Origin: Paraphysomonas bandaiensis
Lineage: Eukaryota > Protista > Chrysophyceae
Reading direction: 5' to 3'
Assembly: GCA_965644295.1 (NCBI GenBank)
Contig: CBFFRP010000389.1
Span: 1 to 64,000 of the forward strand
Length of the DNA stretch: 64,000 nucleotides
In this document: positions 59,379 through 64,000 of the stretch, in pieces
How the letters are laid out: each line of letters begins with the position of its first letter
Numbering within the stretch: position 1 is the stretch's first letter
The notes under the pieces: model-generated
What the model was told of the DNA's origin: nothing
Seen by the model: only the letters and a program-made list of their open reading frames with translations
The model's database searches: none
Program-made: the position numbers and the translations under genes

Positions 59379-61479
59379 ACTAACATACACATATACACAC
59401 TCAGCCATACTCTGTATGCACCATATCAAGAGCTAGATATACAATCTACTGCACGATATCCCATCATAATATTCAGTCCAATAGTAATAATGCCATTTAC
59501 ATGGATAGACATGGATCAGAGATTCCTTAAACCCATATGTTTACTATTTCTTGGTGTCAAGACGAAAAAATATGTCCCAAGAGGACATAGCGGCAAAGTA
59601 GGCTCAAAGAATGTGTTTATGATCTGATTTTTGATTTGATTGATAGACACAAATCCCTAGCTTTGAGACTGATCTACAACGACAGGGAAAGCTTTTTGCG
59701 TATGGGTGGGGTGAATGAATGTCTACAGCAGCCGAGCCGTCAATTCATGGCAACGGAACTCACAAGAATGAAAAATATGAGAAAGAGACATATAAGTAAG
59801 GATATATGTATTGTATGATACAAAATTTACCGTATGAGCGATCTATCAGGACTTGAGACTAATTCAGTTGGGCATCGTCCAAACGATATGGAAGCCCACA
59901 GAACAGACAGTATTCTGACTTCGACCAAAACTTGCCTTGGGACGAGGAGACGCAAGGTTTACTCATTCACGTGGAAGATACATTAGGCCAAATACTTTAA
60001 AATGAACACTGTGTGGATGTCTCGGCTAGTGAAGGTAGTAGGCCTGACATACACCCGATAGGTTAGTATTAAATATCTATGTTATTGATTTCAGAAAAAA
60101 AGCACTGCTGAATGCAATGCATGACCTGAATTACCAGCTAGAACATTATTACCTAGGAGTACTTGTGCAGAATATGCCTTAACAACCCCAGCAGCAACAC
60201 GCTGTGAAGGTTCATAGTCTTAAGATACGATGGAGACAAATCGTTTCTGCGTAGTACAACTTATCAATGCCCAACAATTGCTGACATGCAGGTTGGGGAT
60301 GTGCCAATTCCTCCCCCTCCTCCTGGTTTGGCGATATTTGGCCAGAATTTTGCTTTCGATTGGGCAGCTTCACCTAATCATGAGAATAGTGATGAAATGG
60401 TATATCTAAATATATATACACAGCATTCTTGATCGTAGCCCCAGCTTATTTCTTTTAAATCGCTTTTTTTGTCGTCGTACTGTTGTGTCTACTTTGTTCA
60501 AGTATGCGAGTAGATAGAGGATGTTCCACGATAACTATAAAATCAATTCTTTCCTTTCTACTATAATAATATAACGAGTGGCCGTGCTAAAGTAGACAAT
60601 GTTTACGATACAGAGACATCTACTTATTAATGTGCTGCGATTCAAGGTAATGACAAAGTAGAACAATCTATAAACCTGACGCGCGACTGATTTGCTGCTG
60701 ATGCTTTATTCATTAAACGCAAGTTAACAAAGCAAAAACTATTGAAAATATATACAGTGAGAAATATCCATCAATATAACATAGCTAACCTTCGAATCCA
60801 GGAAACAAAGATATCAATATAAAAGAAACAGGCTACACACGTGTGTCCTCTAAGCTGTAAGATCAGGTCGAGTTGTATACTGAGTGTAGCCTGAACATGC
60901 CTATATAGGAAAGTCTGATTATTACATGAGAACGGTTGTGTACAGAAACTACTTTATGTCTATAGACTAACTAATAGCTGGATTTGCTATATACTACTAG
61001 TGGCGGGCAACCGTCTCGGGACTGCTTGTGCATCGCTGCGAGCACCATGGTGCAACCATCCCTTGTATTGAGGTTAGTCGGGGGGTCTGCCTTTGGGCAA
61101 TGAGTCTGGTGGGCCTGTGAGGGGTGAATGGGGCGAGATGTATATGAGTGTGTAAGTCGGTGGTGGAGATGGTGCTGGTTGTTGAGGTGGGGTTTCGGCC
61201 ACAAGTAAGGAGGAGTTGTTTCTGGAGTGGTTGCGCTTGCCTCTGTCGGGTTTGGACTCTTGCAGAGGGTGTAATTCTTGGGGTGGATGTCGCCTGGAGT
61301 AGCTGGAGTATTTTTGGTGTCGGGTGAGTATCTTGGTTGCTGTGAGTAGAACATGCCTATATATGTAAAACACGCAAACATAACAGTTGGCCAATACTTT
61401 CCACCAGTGTCGACTAACCAAAATACTTAACTAAACATTGATGTGCCCATTCATTCAATCTGTTACTGAGTTACTGAAA

Positions 61480-61700
61480 TGTTGAGTTTTTCTGTTTGAG
61501 AGCAATTAAAAGCTGTAGTTCGAAGGTATTTTAATTATTACAGGTAATGAAAGAATACAGAAGTCGTTAATTGTACTATGAAAACTAATGTCAAGAAGAA
61601 ACCATAGCAGTGGAACTGAAATATATTTACCGTAAAAGATCGTGGTATACAATATACATTATATAAGATTGTATGAATAGTTGAGACAACATGAATGTGA
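61480..61700 (+). repeat. LTR-like fragment (probable solo copia LTR)
   Basis: TGTTGAGTTTT start; homologous to 35398, 14890 and 5215. The end is approximate. Confidence 0.65.
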
Positions 61701-62025
61701 CAATTGACAGTGAGTGGCAAGTGATAATGATCTTAATTCACTATATGTTTATAATTTATTCTCTCAGCAAAGAGTATTATCTTGTTCAGTTATGTCAATT
61801 TCTAACATAAAATAAAAATTATCCTCAATGGGCAACACAACCACACACCACAGAGAGGCTCTTTTGTCGAGCAAAGTTGATTATGACACCTGCGAGCCAA
61901 TTACATGTTGTGGGATGCATATATACCCTCCATGGAGAGCGAGAAGTAGTTACAATTAATTCTTAGTCTGCTAGTTAACTAAAAATTAGTAATTAAGGGA
62001 GCACCACACTATATATTTGAAGTTA

Positions 62026-62100
62026 GTAGGTATTATTGGCCATTATAATTACCGGGAACTGGACTACCATTAGTGGGCCATTAATGGTTACCAGGCCCTG
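62026..62100. mobile_element. Right end of a hAT MITE (family of 15797-16047), truncated
   Basis: GGCCATTATAATT.CCGGGAACTGGACTACCATTA.TGGGCCATTAA.GGTTACCAGG.CCTG is nearly identical to 15985-16047. The left TIR was not found. Confidence 0.8.
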
Positions 62101-62441
62101 AACCACACGTACCTTCACTTGTACTAAACCTGGCACATCTTAAATTTCATTTGGCATGATTTGTTCTCTGTCCCTCATATAACTACTTCAAGCAAATAGT
62201 TCTAGTCAGATACTTAATATATTATTTATGGTAAAATATTTTAAATCGCAAGTTTGATAGTTATTTCTTATTTGGTTCGTGGCGCAACTCTATTCCTCGC
62301 TGGACCAAGGCGAAATATATTTACCATCTCTATCTCGTTTTTTAAATATCATATAACCTCTTCAAGCTTCACAACACTTGTACAACATAAAAACATATGT
62401 ACATCATTTAAAAATCACAACACGGTAAAATAACACATAAT

Positions 62442-64000
62442 TTACGGCGTGATCTGATCAACACCAAACAGCATTCTTCGCCTCTCCTCGGCTGAAATGT
62501 TCCTAGTGTACATCACTCTGTTCAGTTTAATGAGAGCCGTGATAAAGTCTTGTGATGAAAATGTAGTCCCGGAGTTATTACAGCCGTCGCCTAAAGTTTC
62601 AACTAAAGCAACAGGGCCGCTAATCATCCTGTGCAGTGTACTTCCAGGACTAGAAGATGCCATATTTTGAAAATCTTGAAGCCATCCACGAACTTCAAAA
62701 TCATCTGTAAAAATGGTGCGTTCGACAGCTATGGGAGCGGACGAAGCCATCACATCTCCGAATGCAGTGAGGTCTTCTGCAAGTACCTTCTGCACGTACT
62801 GGGCAACGGCAGTAGCATAAACTTCCTGAGATAGAACGAAGTCGTGCACGAGAGTGGAATGCGCAGAGCGCAAGACAGTACCAGGAGTATCATATGGACG
62901 AGTACGACAGAAAAACCATGCCGTACCGTAGTTGGGGTCAGCATTAACACACCTGCAGACACATTAAATAAGACAACTGATAATTCCGAAATCTACCTTC
63001 TGTATAGCCTGTCGATTTTGACATGCTTATAAGCCTCAGTGCAGTAGCCGATGTCAAGACACATCGCTCCAACCAAGTGCATATTTTCCCGCCTCTTCTC
63101 CACTCCAGCCACGCCACCTGCATCATGCCACAGCCCATCACTGTCGTAGTAAGCGATGTCCCTGAGCTCTTGCAGTCCTCTCTCTCCCTTCTCGAGGATA
63201 CTACTGCTATCGGACTCTGTGTCGTACCGCTCGATGAGATGCATGAATCGCGACCACGGAACCCCCATCAGTGTCAGAACTCGAGGCAGGACCACCTGGA
63301 TCAACATCTCAAGTCGCACATACTCTATGAAGGAGTCTCCATACTGAGGAGTAAATTGTATTGCAAATGCGAGGTATTTCTGTGCCTTTCCGAGATCAAA
63401 TGACGAGGGACAGAGTGGATTCAAAAGTGTTCTTGCCCCCTCGCACCACACTTCCCCACTCTTTGGTACTACCTGAAGGGCGCGAGAGAGAATGGTATAC
63501 TTCGAGGGCACTTCATAGTCCGATGGCGGAATTATATCGCTGTACTCAGTGCGGTCCAATCCAGAGAAAAGAATTTCCTCGGTGGCTTGGGTAAGTGTCA
63601 CCCGTCCGCGCCACTCAATGCGGTGGGACAGCTGTACCACAAGAGCCCACAGACGACCGGAACCCGAGTCGAGGGTAAGTGCTTTGTCCGCCAAATACAC
63701 CGCGCCAGATACATTACCAGCCCGCGCCTCCACTAGAACTGTCTCTAAAAATATCTTCCATTCATTTTTAATATCCCGTCGGGCTCGCAGTAGAATCTTA
63801 CGAGAAGCATTTATATTTCCCTGAAATTCTTCCAACCTGGAACACTCGAGCCAAACGTGGTATTTAGACTTTTCAGGGACCTCTGCGTGTGCCTGGCGCA
63901 GCAGCAATTTGGCTGTGCAAGTCTGCCCAACGCTCAGTTCCATACGCGCGCCTGCCAAGTAAACTTTCCATCGTAAATTCGGGGGGCAAGTCATAAGACT
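62442..64000 (-). CDS. HAT/TPR-repeat protein (PRP6-like C-terminal region), 5' end outside the window
   Basis: NLRWKVYLAGARMEL, VWLECSRLEE, EWKIFLE, ALQVVPKSGEVWCEGAR, AIQFTPQYGDSFIEY, RR|CVNADPNYGTAW. Intron ~62996-62954. Confidence 0.75.

Noticed and set aside
59440-61440. Short ORFs and a GC-rich, Pro-rich minus-strand patch (60971-61421)
   Set aside because: Probably decayed mobile-element or pseudogene sequence, but no motif is strong enough to classify it.
1-64000. tRNA, rRNA or telomeric repeats
   Set aside because: None recognised by eye; a tRNAscan-SE or Infernal run would be needed to exclude small ncRNAs.

Overview
Gene-dense eukaryotic nuclear DNA, AT-rich, with many short GT-AG introns of about 40-60 nt. 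Protein families and transposon types suggest a stramenopile protist, possibly chrysophyte-like; this is an inference. The left end carries a Ty1/copia retrotransposon with an uninterrupted 1585-aa gag-pol ORF. About 18 host genes follow, mostly as head-to-head pairs: an unknown membrane protein / flavin amine oxidase; RPN12; PCMT; a J-domain-ankyrin-UBA-PAM2 protein / a LysM-UBA-like protein; ATG1 / ATG16; VAP / coronin; a SEN1-like helicase / an F-box-like protein with 16 x 29-aa ankyrin-type repeats; a serine carboxypeptidase / dynactin p62; a PX-like protein / an Orai-like 4-TM protein fused to a PH domain; a membrane-anchored subtilase; and a partial HAT/TPR protein. Intergenic DNA holds hAT and PIF/Harbinger non-autonomous elements with readable TIRs and TSDs, copia LTR-like remnants, two dispersed repeat families and (CATA)n microsatellites polarised to the sense strand upstream of genes. 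The most interesting candidates are: the Orai-like-PH fusion lacking the selectivity-filter Glu; the F-box-like repeat protein with variation concentrated at a few repeat positions; the J-ANK-UBA-PAM2 architecture; the ATG1/ATG16 divergent pair inside a LysM-UBA, VAP and coronin neighbourhood; and an extra domain in the copia Pol. Exon boundaries were read by eye and no database searches were run.
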